A stretch of 64,000 bases of DNA from an uncultured delta proteobacterium. GTDB lineage: Bacteria; Myxococcota_A; Polyangia; Palsa-1104. The DNA lies in NCBI GenBank assembly GCA_963785725.1, contig CAWAWS010000007.1, positions 608,001 to 672,000 of the forward strand, given 5' to 3'. Numbering within the stretch: position 1 is the stretch's first letter; each line of letters begins with the position of its first letter. The translations under genes and the position numbers were made by a program. The notes below the pieces were generated by a model. That model had not been told where the DNA came from. It saw only the letters and a program-made list of their open reading frames with translations, and searched no databases. Of the stretch, positions 26,655 to 36,472 are shown in pieces.

Positions 26655-27128
26655 CTATTGGGCCGCCCGCGCCGTGGCGACGACTGCGGCCAAGTCTTCG
26701 TGCGTGAGACCGGGCGCGCGGCCATGCTCGACGATCGAATCGAGCGCAGGCTCGACCGAGACGAACGTGTGCTGCTTGGAGGCGTTGCCGCTCACCAAGG
26801 CCATGGCGTTCATGATGGCGCGGGCGGCCGCCATGCGAAAACCGCTGCCTTCTAGGACGATGATATTCAGCTCCGCCGGTAATTCACGAGCGAGCGCCGA
26901 AAACTCGGAGCGCAGCGCGTTGTCCGGTGAGGCGACCGCGGCGGACTCGACAATCGTCAACATGATCCGGGCGTGACCGAACTGCTGCTGCAGCTGCTCG
27001 ATCTCCTGTCGTAGCCGCCGCACCTTTGCGATGGTGAGCGGCTGCCGGATCACGACGACGCCGACGTTGGCGTAGGTCGCGAACACGAGACCACTCTCGG
27101 AGAACCGAATCGTCGCCTTTATCGACAC
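26655..27128 (-). CDS. Hypothetical protein (STAS/SEC14-like small myxobacterial protein)
   Basis: IVLEGSGFRMAAARAIM pattern. Start set at GTG 27128 because the longer ORF runs into the tRNA. Confidence 0.6.
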   Translation of the reverse strand: MSIKATIRFSESGLVFATYANVGVVVIRQPLTIAKVRRLRQEIEQLQQQFGHARIMLTIVESAAVASPDNALRSEFSALARELPAELNIIVLEGSGFRMAAARAIMNAMALVSGNASKQHTFVSVEPALDSIVEHGRAPGLTHEDLAAVVATARAAQ

Positions 27129-27215
27129 CGCAAGCCGCCCTTCAGGAACATCGGCACGAGCGGGATGGGCATGAGGCGGACCGAGTCGGTGTGCGGCGGG
27201 GAAGTGCGGATTCGG

Positions 27216-27289
<74 letters not shown>

Positions 27290-27355
27290 TTTATCGGCGA
27301 AGACCTTACCCCGCGCACCTGGCATCGGCAAGCGAAAAGGCTTACGATTGAGGCC

Positions 27356-28072
27356 ATGGCGCTTCTCGGCGACGACGATACGCAGTACCTCCGTGAGAGC
27401 TTCGCGACCCTGTCGGCCGACGTCACCGTCACGGTCGTGACGCGCGAGCGTTCGAAGCTCATTCTCGTCGGTGCCGAGCCCAGCGCCGCGCCCGACGACG
27501 CCAGCGCCGAGGTGGTGCAGATCGTCGACGAAGTGGCCGCGGCCGGGGCCCCGAAGGTGAAGGTCGAGCGCGTCGACGTCGCCACCGAAGCGGCGCGCGC
27601 CGACGCCCTCGGCGTGCAGCGGACGCCGGCGCTCTTGTTTGCGTCGCCGACGGCCAAGGGGCGGCTGCGTTATTACGGCTTGCCGGCAGGCTACGAGATG
27701 TCGACGCTGATCGCGGCGCTGCTCGATCTCGGATCGGGCGAGCCGATGGTGCCGCCGGAGATCGCGCAGCTGCTGTCGGAGATGAAGGCGCCGGTGCACA
27801 TCCAAGTGTTCGTGACGCCGAGCTGTCCGCACTGTCCGGCGATGGCGCGGGCGGCGTACCAGCTGGCGATGTCGTCCGCGCACATCAGCGCCGACGTCGT
27901 CGAAGTGCAGGAGTTTCCCGATGTCGCCGAGCGCTATCAGATTCGCGGCGTGCCGATGACGGTCGTCAACGACGGCGAGCCGCTGATGGGCAACGTCGGC
28001 GGCGCGCGGCTGCTGGCGGCGGTGCGCGAAGCGGGCGGCATCACCGCGCGCGAGCCCGTCGAGCCGTCGTAA
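27356..28072 (+). CDS. Protein disulfide oxidoreductase (two thioredoxin folds, AhpF N-terminal-like)
   Basis: RYYGLPAGYEM, VFVTPSCPHCP, YQIRGVP. Confidence 0.85.
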   Translation: MALLGDDDTQYLRESFATLSADVTVTVVTRERSKLILVGAEPSAAPDDASAEVVQIVDEVAAAGAPKVKVERVDVATEAARADALGVQRTPALLFASPTAKGRLRYYGLPAGYEMSTLIAALLDLGSGEPMVPPEIAQLLSEMKAPVHIQVFVTPSCPHCPAMARAAYQLAMSSAHISADVVEVQEFPDVAERYQIRGVPMTVVNDGEPLMGNVGGARLLAAVREAGGITAREPVEPS

Positions 28073-28148
28073 ATGCGGGCGCGCGTAGGATTTCGCGCGC
28101 GAGCCTCGTAAGAACGGACGCGCATAGGATTCGCGCGGCTCAGCTGCG

Positions 28149-28817
28149 TCAGCGGGCGCGCGCCGCCGTCGCGGCCGAGTCGGCGACGCGCAGCTGGCCC
28201 TCCCAGGCGACGACGCGACCGCGCCGGCGCGCCACGAGGAACGGCTTGCCGCGGTCGACGTAGTAGATCGCGCGCTGCCCAAACGCCTCGCCGAGGCGCC
28301 ACGCTTCGTCGCGATCGAGGCCGAGCACGGCGAAGCTCTCTTCGCGATAGCGCGAGCCGGGCGCGTTGATGGCCGGCCAGCGCTCGACCATGCGCGCGTC
28401 GAGATGGCGCGCCAGCTGCTCCTGCGCGCGTCGATTGGCGCGCTCGTTGGGTCGCTCGACGCCGCCCGGATTCCACGCCGTCAACACGGCGAACGTCGAC
28501 GCCGGCAGCTCCGTCGGCGCCGCGCCCGGCCCGTCGATGCGCAGCCGCACCGGCGCATTTCCCGGCGGCGTCAGCTCGATCGTCGCGCGTCGATAGCCCA
28601 TCCACGACGACCAATTGGCGGCGAAGTCGACGGCGGCGACGGCCACGTTCTCGTCGTCGCCGTCGGGCATCGGCTCGTCGGGCGCGACACCGACGGCGAA
28701 GCGCAGCCAGCGCGAGGCGCCGATGAAGGCGAGCAGCGTCTGGCGATCGGGCGAATCGGGCGACGTGCGACCGTCGTGATAGAGCAGGTTCTCGAGCGCG
28801 GAGGTCAGCACCGGCAC
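28149..28817 (-). CDS. DUF3293 domain-containing protein
   Basis: LTAWNPGG, REES, FGQRAIY. Confidence 0.75.
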   Translation of the reverse strand: MPVLTSALENLLYHDGRTSPDSPDRQTLLAFIGASRWLRFAVGVAPDEPMPDGDDENVAVAAVDFAANWSSWMGYRRATIELTPPGNAPVRLRIDGPGAAPTELPASTFAVLTAWNPGGVERPNERANRRAQEQLARHLDARMVERWPAINAPGSRYREESFAVLGLDRDEAWRLGEAFGQRAIYYVDRGKPFLVARRRGRVVAWEGQLRVADSAATAARAR

Positions 28818-28924
28818 GGTCACATCTTAACACGGCGCGTCGCAGCGACGACAGGACGACCAAAGACGACGGTGGCGCCGATCGCGCAATCGTAGTAAGC
28901 CGGGCAGCCTACCGCGGAGGCATC

Positions 28925-31003
28925 ATGCGCCAGCTGTCGCTCGTAGTCGGTGTCGTCATCGTGGCCGGGGCCAGCAGCCTGGCGAGCGCCGACGAAGGAA
29001 TGTGGACGTTCAACAATTTCCCCAAGGCCAAGGTCAAGCAGCGCTACCACTTCGACGCCGCCGATCCGTGGCTCGATCACGTGCGCTTGTCGTCGGTGCG
29101 CTTCAACTCGGGCGGCTCGGGCTCGTTCGTCTCCGGCGACGGGCTGGTCATGACGAACCATCACGTCGGCGCCGATTGCATCCACAAGCTGGCCAAGTCG
29201 GGCGCCGATTACATCAAGGACGGCTTCGTCGCGCGCAGCGCCGCCGAGGAGATCAAGTGTCCCGATCTCGAGCTCAACGTCGTCACCGGCATCGAGGACG
29301 TGACCAAGGACGTGCTCGGCGTCGCGCAGGCGGGAATGGACGACGCCGCGGTCAACAAAGCGCAAAAAGAGAAGTCGGCGCAGATCGAGAAGGCGTGCGC
29401 GGACAAGACGCACGCGCGCTGTGACGTCGTCGCGCTCTACAAAGGCGCGGTCTACAACCTGTACACCTATAAAAAGTACACTGACGTACGATTGGTGTTC
29501 GCGCCCGAGTTCCAGATCGCGTTCTTCGGCGGCGATCCCGATAACTTCGAGTATCCGCGCTACGATCTCGACGTCGCCTATTTCCGCGCCTACGAAAACG
29601 GCGCGCCCGTGCACGGCGACTATTTCAAGTGGTCGGCCAACGGCGCCAAGGACGGCGAGCTGGTGTTCGTGCCCGGAAATCCCGGCGCGACCGATCGGTT
29701 GTCGACGGTGGCCGAGATCGAGCAGCTGCGCGACGTGAGCTATCCGTTCACGCAGCGCGTGCTCGAGGCGCAGCGCGTGGCGTTGGAGGCGTACGCGGCC
29801 AAAGGCGTCGAGCAGGCGCGGCAGGCGGAGCGGCGGCACTTCAGCGTCATGAACAACGTCAAGCGCCTGAAGGGCTACCTCGGCGGCTTGCAAGACGCGA
29901 AGCTGATGGGGAAGAAGTCGACCGAGGAGGCGGCGCTGCGCAAGAGCCTCGCCGGCGACGCGCAGTACGCCAAAGTCTGGGACGACATCGCGGCGGTCGA
30001 GAAGCGCTGGAAGCCGTCGGCCGTGCGCTATCAGCTGCTCGAGACGTACAACTCGGGCGCGGAGCTGTTGGTGACGGCGCAGCATCTCGTGCGCATGACG
30101 GCGGAGAAGCAGCTGCCGAACGAGAAGCGGCTCAAGGAGTATCGCGAGACGGCGCTGCCGTCGCTGGAGCTGCGCGTGTTCTCGCCGGCGCCGGTTTACG
30201 ACGGCTTCGAGGAGACGATGCTGACGTCGTGGCTCGAGGTCGAGCAGCAGGAGCTGGGCGCGAGCGATCCTTACGTGCAGAAGCTGCTCGCGGGCAAGAC
30301 GCCGGCGGCGCGCGCGCACGAGCTGGTGGCGGGGACGAAGCTGAAGGACATCGCGGTGCGCAAGTCGCTGGCCGCGTCGAAGGCGGCGGTGGATGCCTCG
30401 ACGGATCCGCTGATCGTGCTGGCGCGCGCCATCGACGGCGACCGGCGCGCGATTCGCAAGCAGTTCGAGGACGGCGTCGAGGCGCCGCTCAATCACGCGC
30501 ACGAGCTCATCGCGCGGGCGCAGTTCGCCAAAGCGGGGCTGTCGCGCTATCCCGACGCGACGTTCACGCTGCGTCTGTCCTACGGCAAAGTGGCCGGCTA
30601 CACGCAGGCGGGCAAGAGAGTGGCGCCGATGACGACGATCGGCGGCATGTACGAGCGCGCCGCGAAGGCCGACGGCAAGGCGCCGTGGGACGTGCCGCCC
30701 AAGTGGGTCGCGGCCAAGGCCAAGGTCGACGGCAAAGTGCCGATGGACTTCGTGTCGACCAACGACATCATCGGCGGCAACTCGGGCTCGCCCGTCATCA
30801 ACGCCAAGGGCGAGATCGTCGGGCTCATCTTCGACGGCAACATTCAGTCGCTGCCGGGCAACTTCGTGTACGACGACGCGCAGAACCGCGCCGTCAGCGT
30901 GCACTCGTCGGCGCTGCTCGAGGCCTTGCGCAACGTCTACGACGCCGGCTTCTTGGCCGACGAGCTAGCGCCACCGCTGGGAAAAAAGCGGGCGTCCCGG
31001 TAA
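28925..31003 (+). CDS. S46 family dipeptidyl peptidase
   Basis: ADEGMW, GSGSFVS..GLVMTNHH, FGGDPDNFEYPR, YPDATFTLRLSYG, DIIGGNSGSPV, FDGN. Confidence 0.95.
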   Translation: MRQLSLVVGVVIVAGASSLASADEGMWTFNNFPKAKVKQRYHFDAADPWLDHVRLSSVRFNSGGSGSFVSGDGLVMTNHHVGADCIHKLAKSGADYIKDGFVARSAAEEIKCPDLELNVVTGIEDVTKDVLGVAQAGMDDAAVNKAQKEKSAQIEKACADKTHARCDVVALYKGAVYNLYTYKKYTDVRLVFAPEFQIAFFGGDPDNFEYPRYDLDVAYFRAYENGAPVHGDYFKWSANGAKDGELVFVPGNPGATDRLSTVAEIEQLRDVSYPFTQRVLEAQRVALEAYAAKGVEQARQAERRHFSVMNNVKRLKGYLGGLQDAKLMGKKSTEEAALRKSLAGDAQYAKVWDDIAAVEKRWKPSAVRYQLLETYNSGAELLVTAQHLVRMTAEKQLPNEKRLKEYRETALPSLELRVFSPAPVYDGFEETMLTSWLEVEQQELGASDPYVQKLLAGKTPAARAHELVAGTKLKDIAVRKSLAASKAAVDASTDPLIVLARAIDGDRRAIRKQFEDGVEAPLNHAHELIARAQFAKAGLSRYPDATFTLRLSYGKVAGYTQAGKRVAPMTTIGGMYERAAKADGKAPWDVPPKWVAAKAKVDGKVPMDFVSTNDIIGGNSGSPVINAKGEIVGLIFDGNIQSLPGNFVYDDAQNRAVSVHSSALLEALRNVYDAGFLADELAPPLGKKRASR

Positions 31004-31064
31004 GATGACCGCCGGCGCCGTCTCGGTGGCGCGCTCAACTCAACTAGGTGTGGAGGGTTGTCCG

Positions 31065-31328
31065 ATGGCTCATGCGACGAAGGTGCAGCTGTTTCGTTGG
31101 TCGGCGGTCGTAGGCGCGCTGGTGCTGCTGGCGGTCACGTTCCTGGCCGGACGCGCGAGCGCGCTGCCGCAGCCGAACATGCAGGCGGCGCTCGGTCACC
31201 TGGAGCAGGCCAAGGAGTCGTTGGAGCGCGCCGAGCACAACAAGGGCGGCTTCCGCGTCAAGGCGGTGGAGCTGACGAATCAGGCCATCGCCGCGGTCAA
31301 AGAGGGCATCGCGATCGGCAACAAGTAG
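31065..31328 (+). CDS. Small secreted helical protein
   Basis: Signal peptide ending ASA, then QPNMQAALGHL...HNKGGFRVKA; GGAGG upstream. Confidence 0.75.
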   Translation: MAHATKVQLFRWSAVVGALVLLAVTFLAGRASALPQPNMQAALGHLEQAKESLERAEHNKGGFRVKAVELTNQAIAAVKEGIAIGNK

Positions 31329-31472
31329 CCCCGTCGGCGTGGCGCGGGCGACGTCACGGATCGCGGGTCATTCGTCAGTGTTCAGCGAGCGTAGGCGTTC
31401 GTCGTCCTCGGCTGGAGGTCGGGCCGACCGAGGATGGCGAGCGCGCGCATTCGTAAGGAATCCACGGCCACG

Positions 31473-31850
31473 ATGAAGATGCGAACGATGTTTGCGTTGC
31501 TGTGCGCGCTCTCGTTGCCGCCGGCGACCGGCTGCGACGACGGCGTCAGCGATCAGCGGCGGCCGATCGGCGCGTCGTGCGCGACCTCGGGCCAATGCGG
31601 GACGGGCAAGTACTTCTGCGACGTCGCGGCGCCCGACGGTGACTGCGAGGCCGAGTGTCGCGGCGACGGCGATTGTCCAACCGGCGCCGTGTGCGTCGGC
31701 GGCGGCATAATCATGACGGGCGCGTGCCTGCTGCAGTGCACGACGATCGCCGATTGCCGCGCCGGCTACGTGTGCGCGCCGGCGGACGACGCGTCGCACG
31801 CGCACTGCGCGGCGCCGCCCGCGAGCGACGGCGGCGTCGACGCGCTGTAG
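31473..31850 (+). CDS. Cys-rich lipoprotein
   Basis: ATGC lipobox; repeated C-x-x-x-x-D-C motifs (CRGDGDCPTGAVC, CTTIADCRAGYVC). Confidence 0.75.
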   Translation: MKMRTMFALLCALSLPPATGCDDGVSDQRRPIGASCATSGQCGTGKYFCDVAAPDGDCEAECRGDGDCPTGAVCVGGGIIMTGACLLQCTTIADCRAGYVCAPADDASHAHCAAPPASDGGVDAL

Positions 31851-31957
31851 CCGAACCGGCGGCGCTTGCCGGCGCGCGCCCAACCGATATAAAATAGCGC
31901 GGGGAGCTGGATATGCGTGCCGCGCATGAGGCGGCTCCGGCGTGCCAGCGTGAAACG

Positions 31958-32497
31958 ATGGGCAGAGTCAAAGGGACGATCTTGGTACCGCTGGTGAAGC
32001 TGCTGCGCGCCAACAAGGTGGCCGCCGCCAAGCTGCTGCCCGCGCCGCTGCAGAAGTATCTGGAGGAGCGGGTGCTGCCGTCGAGCTGGTATCCGGCCAA
32101 GGATCACGTGCAGCTGGCGCGCGTCCTCGCGACCGTCGTGCCGCTCGGCAACGAGCCTTACCACGTGATGGGCCGCGGCGCGGCGCAGCACGATCTCAGC
32201 GGCATCTACAAAGCGCGCCTGTACGCCGGCGATCCGATGCGCACGCTGGAATCGGGGCTCGGGCTGTGGCGCACCTATTGCGACAGCGGCGAGATGGCGC
32301 TCACGCGCAAAGGCGAGCGCGCGGCCGTGGTCACGCTGCGCGATTACGTCGACGTGTCGCGCGAGATGTGCGGCATCGCCGGCGGTTACGTGGCGGAGCT
32401 GGCGGCGTTGGGCGGGGCCAAGAGCGTCGCCCTGCGCAAGCTGTCCTGTCGGCTCGAAGGCGCGCCGCAATGCCAGTGGGATCTCAGCTGGTCCTAA
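31958..32497 (+). CDS. DUF2378/TIGR02265-like myxobacterial protein
   Basis: VKG...SSWYP...LWRTYCDSG...CRLEGAPQCQWDLSW. Confidence 0.65.
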   Translation: MGRVKGTILVPLVKLLRANKVAAAKLLPAPLQKYLEERVLPSSWYPAKDHVQLARVLATVVPLGNEPYHVMGRGAAQHDLSGIYKARLYAGDPMRTLESGLGLWRTYCDSGEMALTRKGERAAVVTLRDYVDVSREMCGIAGGYVAELAALGGAKSVALRKLSCRLEGAPQCQWDLSWS

Positions 32498-32501
32498 GCC
32501 G

Positions 32502-33494
32502 TCAGCTGTCGCTGTCGTCGGGCGCGCCGCCCGAGCGCGCCAGGTCTTGCGGACGAATCTTGGCGGCGTCGAGGCCGCGCACGCGCTTGGTCATCGTCTG
32601 CAAGAGCTCGTCGAACGGCGGCGCGGCGCCCTTCATGAACCGCAGCGGATTGACGCGCGCCACGACGAAGGCCTTCAAATACGGGCTCGTCAGCCCCTTG
32701 GCCTTCAACGCCGCCACCGCCTCGGCGACGGCGTCATCGAACGTCAACAGCACCTGCGCGCGCCGCTCACGCTCGCCCAAGGCCTCGGACAGCGGCGCCT
32801 TCGAGAACGCCTCCACCTTCTTCAGGAACGGCTGATACGCGCCGCCCGACAGCCGCCCGCGCTCGGCGTAGGCGAAGCCGAGCGTGCACAGCGCCGGCTC
32901 TTCGAACTCGAGCGCGTATTGCTCCTCGGGAATGTCGCCGCGCAGCCGCGCCAGCTCGCCGTACATGCGATGCACCTCCAGCGACTTCTCACGCAGGTTG
33001 TGCGCCTTCTCGATGTTGAGCGCGAGGATTTGATAGGCCACCGCGGCGTCGGGGATCAGCAGCGCCAAGATCGTCTTCGCGCCCAGCTCCTTCATCGCCG
33101 TCAAGCGGTGGTGGCCGTTCGGCGTCTGATAGCCGTCGCCGACGCGCACGGCGATCACCGGATCGAGGTAGCGCCGCGTGCGATCCATCGCCAGCGTCAG
33201 CTTGCGCACGTGCGCGTCCGACACGTCGCGCTGATAGGGCGTCGGCTCGACTTTGTCGATGGGCAGCGCCGCGAACAGCTGCACGTGCCCGCCGAGCGGC
33301 TCGCGATAGCTGGCCAGGACGCGCCCGCCGTCGGCGACGACCGCGTCCGCCAGCGCCTGCGCCTCGCCGTCGAGCGTCGCCACCGCCAGCTGGTCTGCGC
33401 CGAGCTCGGTGGGCTTGAGCTTCACGCCTTTGCGCGCCCGCGGCTTGCCGCTCTTGGTCTTCGGTCGCGCCGTCCGCTTCTTCGCCGTCGCCAT
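32502..33494 (-). CDS. ParB/Srx N-terminal domain protein (orphan)
   Basis: VEPTPYQRDVS, LDPVIAV, PNGHHRLTA, ALNIEKAHNL; Lys-rich N-terminus. Confidence 0.8.
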   Translation of the reverse strand: MATAKKRTARPKTKSGKPRARKGVKLKPTELGADQLAVATLDGEAQALADAVVADGGRVLASYREPLGGHVQLFAALPIDKVEPTPYQRDVSDAHVRKLTLAMDRTRRYLDPVIAVRVGDGYQTPNGHHRLTAMKELGAKTILALLIPDAAVAYQILALNIEKAHNLREKSLEVHRMYGELARLRGDIPEEQYALEFEEPALCTLGFAYAERGRLSGGAYQPFLKKVEAFSKAPLSEALGERERRAQVLLTFDDAVAEAVAALKAKGLTSPYLKAFVVARVNPLRFMKGAAPPFDELLQTMTKRVRGLDAAKIRPQDLARSGGAPDDSDS

Positions 33495-33537
33495 GTCGGT
33501 CGCCTGCTCTCTCGTTTGATGATATGTAAGCGCGCTC

Positions 33538-34536
33538 GTGTCTCGGATCCACGACGTGCGCCCCGGCGGTTACGCCTGGTGGTACTTCGATGCGCTCAGC
33601 GATGACGGTCAGCGCGCGCTCAGCGTCATCTTCTTCGTCGGCAGCGTATTTTCGCCCGATTATGCCGCGCGGCTGCGGCGTGGGGAAGTGGCGCGCGCCG
33701 AGGAGCACGTCGCCGTCAACGTCGCCTTGTACGATCGCGACAAGCGGCTCGCCTGGGTCATGAGCGAATATGGCCCGAGCGCGCTCATCGCCGGCGACGA
33801 CGACGGCCCCCACATCGCCACGAGCCGCGTCGAGCGCCTCGCCAACGGCGGTCTGCGCCTGACGTTGCGCGAGCGCACGGCGCCGTTCTTGGTCGCGCTG
33901 ACGGGCGTCGGCACGCCGATCGCGGGCACGATCGAGCTCGAGCCGCACGCGCCGCCACTCGACCCCATCGAGCTCGCCAGCGGCGGCGGTCGCGAGCAGC
34001 ACTGGTGGCAGGCGCGCATGCCGCGCGCGCGGGCCCGCGTCCGGTTCACGCGGCCCGACTGGTCCTTCGACGGCGTCGGCTACCACGACGTCAACCATGG
34101 CGACGGCCGCTTGGAGCGCGCCTTTTCCAGCTGGAGCTGGGCCCGCTTTCACGACGCCGCGCGCACGACCATCCTGTACGCGCTGCACGAACGCGACCGC
34201 CCGGCGCGCGCCCTCGTCGTCGACGCGCGCGACGATCGTCCGGCCATCGTGCAACCGGCGCTGCTCCTGCCCGAAGGCGAGCGCCGCCGCGCGCCGTGGG
34301 GACTGCCGCTGCCGCGCTGGTTCGCGCTCGACAGTGAAGGCGCGACGCTGCGCTGCAGCGTCGGCCGGCTCTACGAGGCGTCGCCGTTTTACGCCCGCTA
34401 CCAGGCCGCGCTCGCCGTGCGCGGTGGCGCCGAGCCGCGCGAAGCCCGCGGCGTCGGCGAGTACCTCGATCTCGACCGCTTCGACTCCCGCGGCATCCAG
34501 TTCCTGCTACGATTCAAGACACGGCGCTCCTCATGA
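33538..34536 (+). CDS. crtC: Carotenoid 1,2-hydratase
   Basis: PGGYAWWYFDALSDDG...FVGSVFSP, VNVALY, GYHDVNHG..LE..FSSWSW, PFYAR. Confidence 0.85.
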   Translation: MSRIHDVRPGGYAWWYFDALSDDGQRALSVIFFVGSVFSPDYAARLRRGEVARAEEHVAVNVALYDRDKRLAWVMSEYGPSALIAGDDDGPHIATSRVERLANGGLRLTLRERTAPFLVALTGVGTPIAGTIELEPHAPPLDPIELASGGGREQHWWQARMPRARARVRFTRPDWSFDGVGYHDVNHGDGRLERAFSSWSWARFHDAARTTILYALHERDRPARALVVDARDDRPAIVQPALLLPEGERRRAPWGLPLPRWFALDSEGATLRCSVGRLYEASPFYARYQAALAVRGGAEPREARGVGEYLDLDRFDSRGIQFLLRFKTRRSS

Positions 34537-35738
34537 CGCTCTCCCTCGTGTTCGCTGGATGGGCGCTTTTGGCGGCCGCCTTTACCGTCGTCGCCATTCA
34601 GTCGACGCGGCAGCTCTATCGTCATTCCCAGCGCGCGCGCACGCTCGGTCGCGCCTGGCCGACGATCGCGCTCGTGCGACCGTGCGAAGGGCTCGATCCG
34701 TCGCTGGCCGAGACGCTGCGCAGCTCGTTCACGGCGCGCTACGAAGGTCGGCGCGCCATCTACTTTTGTATTCCGTCGGTGAATGATCCGGCGTGGCCGG
34801 TGGCGGCGCGCGTGCGCGACGAGCTCGTGGCCGCCGGCGCCGACGTGACGCTGGTGGCGACGGCGATCGAGACGCGCGCCAACCGCAAGGCGGCGCAGCT
34901 GGCCGTCGTCGACCCGCTCCTGCCGGCGGAGGCCAAGCTGCTCGTCATCGCCGACAGCGACGTGCAGCTCGATGACGACTCGTTGCCGTCGCTGGTCAGC
35001 GCGCTGACGGCCGATCCGGAAGCGGGCGCGGCGTCGGCGCCGCCCATCGACGTCAGCGCGCGCACCGCCGGCGATCGCTGGTCGGCGGCGCTGTTGTCGT
35101 CGACGCCGCACGCGCTCTTGGCGCTGGCGGGCCTCTCGGCGCGCTCGGGCGGCGTCGCACTGCTGGCCGGCGCGCTGCTCGCCGTTCGTCGCCAGGCGCT
35201 CGCCGCCGTCGGTGGATTCCGCTCGCTCGAGCCGTACTTGGGCGAAGACTTCGAGCTCGCGCGCCGCTTGCACGACGCCGGCCTGCGCATGGCGACATCG
35301 GCGGCGCCGGCGCGCTTCACCGACTCCGGCCGCTCGCTCGGGCAAGTCGTCGCCCGCTATGCGCGCTGGTCGCTCGTCGTCCGCCGGCAGCGACCGGCGC
35401 TGTTCGCGACCTATGCGCTGCTGCTCGGCTGTACGCCGCTCTTGCTCGTCGCGGCGTTGGCGCTCGTCGCCGCGCGCGCCGACGGCGCCGGCTGGGCGGC
35501 GGCGGCGACGGCGCTCTTGGTCACGACGCGCACCCTCCTGGCGCTGCAGCTGCGCCGGTATTACGCCGTCGCCGGCGGCCCGCTGCGCGCGTTCGGCGCG
35601 ATGCTCGCCGGCGAGCTCCTCATCGTCGCCGGCTCGTCGCAGGCGCTCTGGTCCGCCGAGGTCGAATGGCGCGGCCGCCGCTTCTACGTCGGCGAACGCG
35701 GCGCCCTCGTGCCCGTCGTTCCCACCGACGGGCCATAG
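34533..35738 (+). CDS. GT2/GT21 (ceramide glucosyltransferase/HpnI-like) glycosyltransferase
   Basis: RPCEG, ANRK, IADSDV, GGF...LGEDF, RYARW; ATGA overlap with crtC. Confidence 0.8.
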   Translation: MTLSLVFAGWALLAAAFTVVAIQSTRQLYRHSQRARTLGRAWPTIALVRPCEGLDPSLAETLRSSFTARYEGRRAIYFCIPSVNDPAWPVAARVRDELVAAGADVTLVATAIETRANRKAAQLAVVDPLLPAEAKLLVIADSDVQLDDDSLPSLVSALTADPEAGAASAPPIDVSARTAGDRWSAALLSSTPHALLALAGLSARSGGVALLAGALLAVRRQALAAVGGFRSLEPYLGEDFELARRLHDAGLRMATSAAPARFTDSGRSLGQVVARYARWSLVVRRQRPALFATYALLLGCTPLLLVAALALVAARADGAGWAAAATALLVTTRTLLALQLRRYYAVAGGPLRAFGAMLAGELLIVAGSSQALWSAEVEWRGRRFYVGERGALVPVVPTDGP

Positions 35739-35881
35739 TCACGCGCGCCTGCCGCGACTGGCGAACGGCGTCCTCGTTTCCAACGTCTCTCGGCCTTCCC
35801 GTTTTACGTCGAGGTATCGCCGCCGCTCGGGATTTCTGGCCGTAGTCGACCAAGCGAGCTGACGAGTCTGCGGCGGTGCCG

Positions 35882-36457
35882 TCAGCGTCCGCTGGCCGTG
35901 CCGCCCGCGCCCGCGAATTCGTCCGTCGTACAGCCGAGCGCCGCCAGCGCCGCCACCAGCGCGCCCAGCCGCTCGTCCGTCAGCGGCCCCTCAGACGCAA
36001 AGCGCACCTGGCCCGCGCCGTCGGTCAGCACGATCGCGCTGCGATGTTGCGTCAGACCCCAGGTCTTGCGCAGCGTCCCGTGCCAGTCGGCGTAGATCGT
36101 CGTGTTGTGCTTGCGCGCGATGTCCTTCAAATCCGACAGCACCGCGCGCCGCGCCGGCCACCAATTCCACGCCGCCACGTCCGCCACCGCCATGAACTCG
36201 AAGCGTTCACGATTTTGCGGCACGTCGTTGATGCGACCGAGCACCGCGCGCGCATGCTCGTTCTGCGACTGCGCCTCGCGATCCTCGTACAACACCAGCA
36301 TCGGCCGGCCGATCGGCAGCGTGCGCGGCTGCGCGGCGGCGACGTCGTCGATGGCCACCGCGGTCAGCGGCGTGCCCACTTGCGGAAGCGCCCACGCAGG
36401 CGCGGCTATCGAGATGGCGGCGCCGAGAGCGACCACCATCACCCCCCGATATGGCAT
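35882..36457 (-). CDS. Secreted thioredoxin-fold / YtfJ-like protein
   Basis: Signal peptide (AWA); LVLYED, IYADWHGTLRKTWGL, IVLTDGAGQVRF; no CxxC. Confidence 0.6.
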   Translation of the reverse strand: MPYRGVMVVALGAAISIAAPAWALPQVGTPLTAVAIDDVAAAQPRTLPIGRPMLVLYEDREAQSQNEHARAVLGRINDVPQNRERFEFMAVADVAAWNWWPARRAVLSDLKDIARKHNTTIYADWHGTLRKTWGLTQHRSAIVLTDGAGQVRFASEGPLTDERLGALVAALAALGCTTDEFAGAGGTASGR

Positions 36458-36472
36458 CATCCCAGTCTACAC

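Noticed and set aside
28073..28148. REP-like pair gcgc(g/a)taggatt(t)cgcgcg between convergent genes
   Set aside because: Only two short imperfect copies; cannot be told apart from chance or terminator-like sequence without a genome-wide search.
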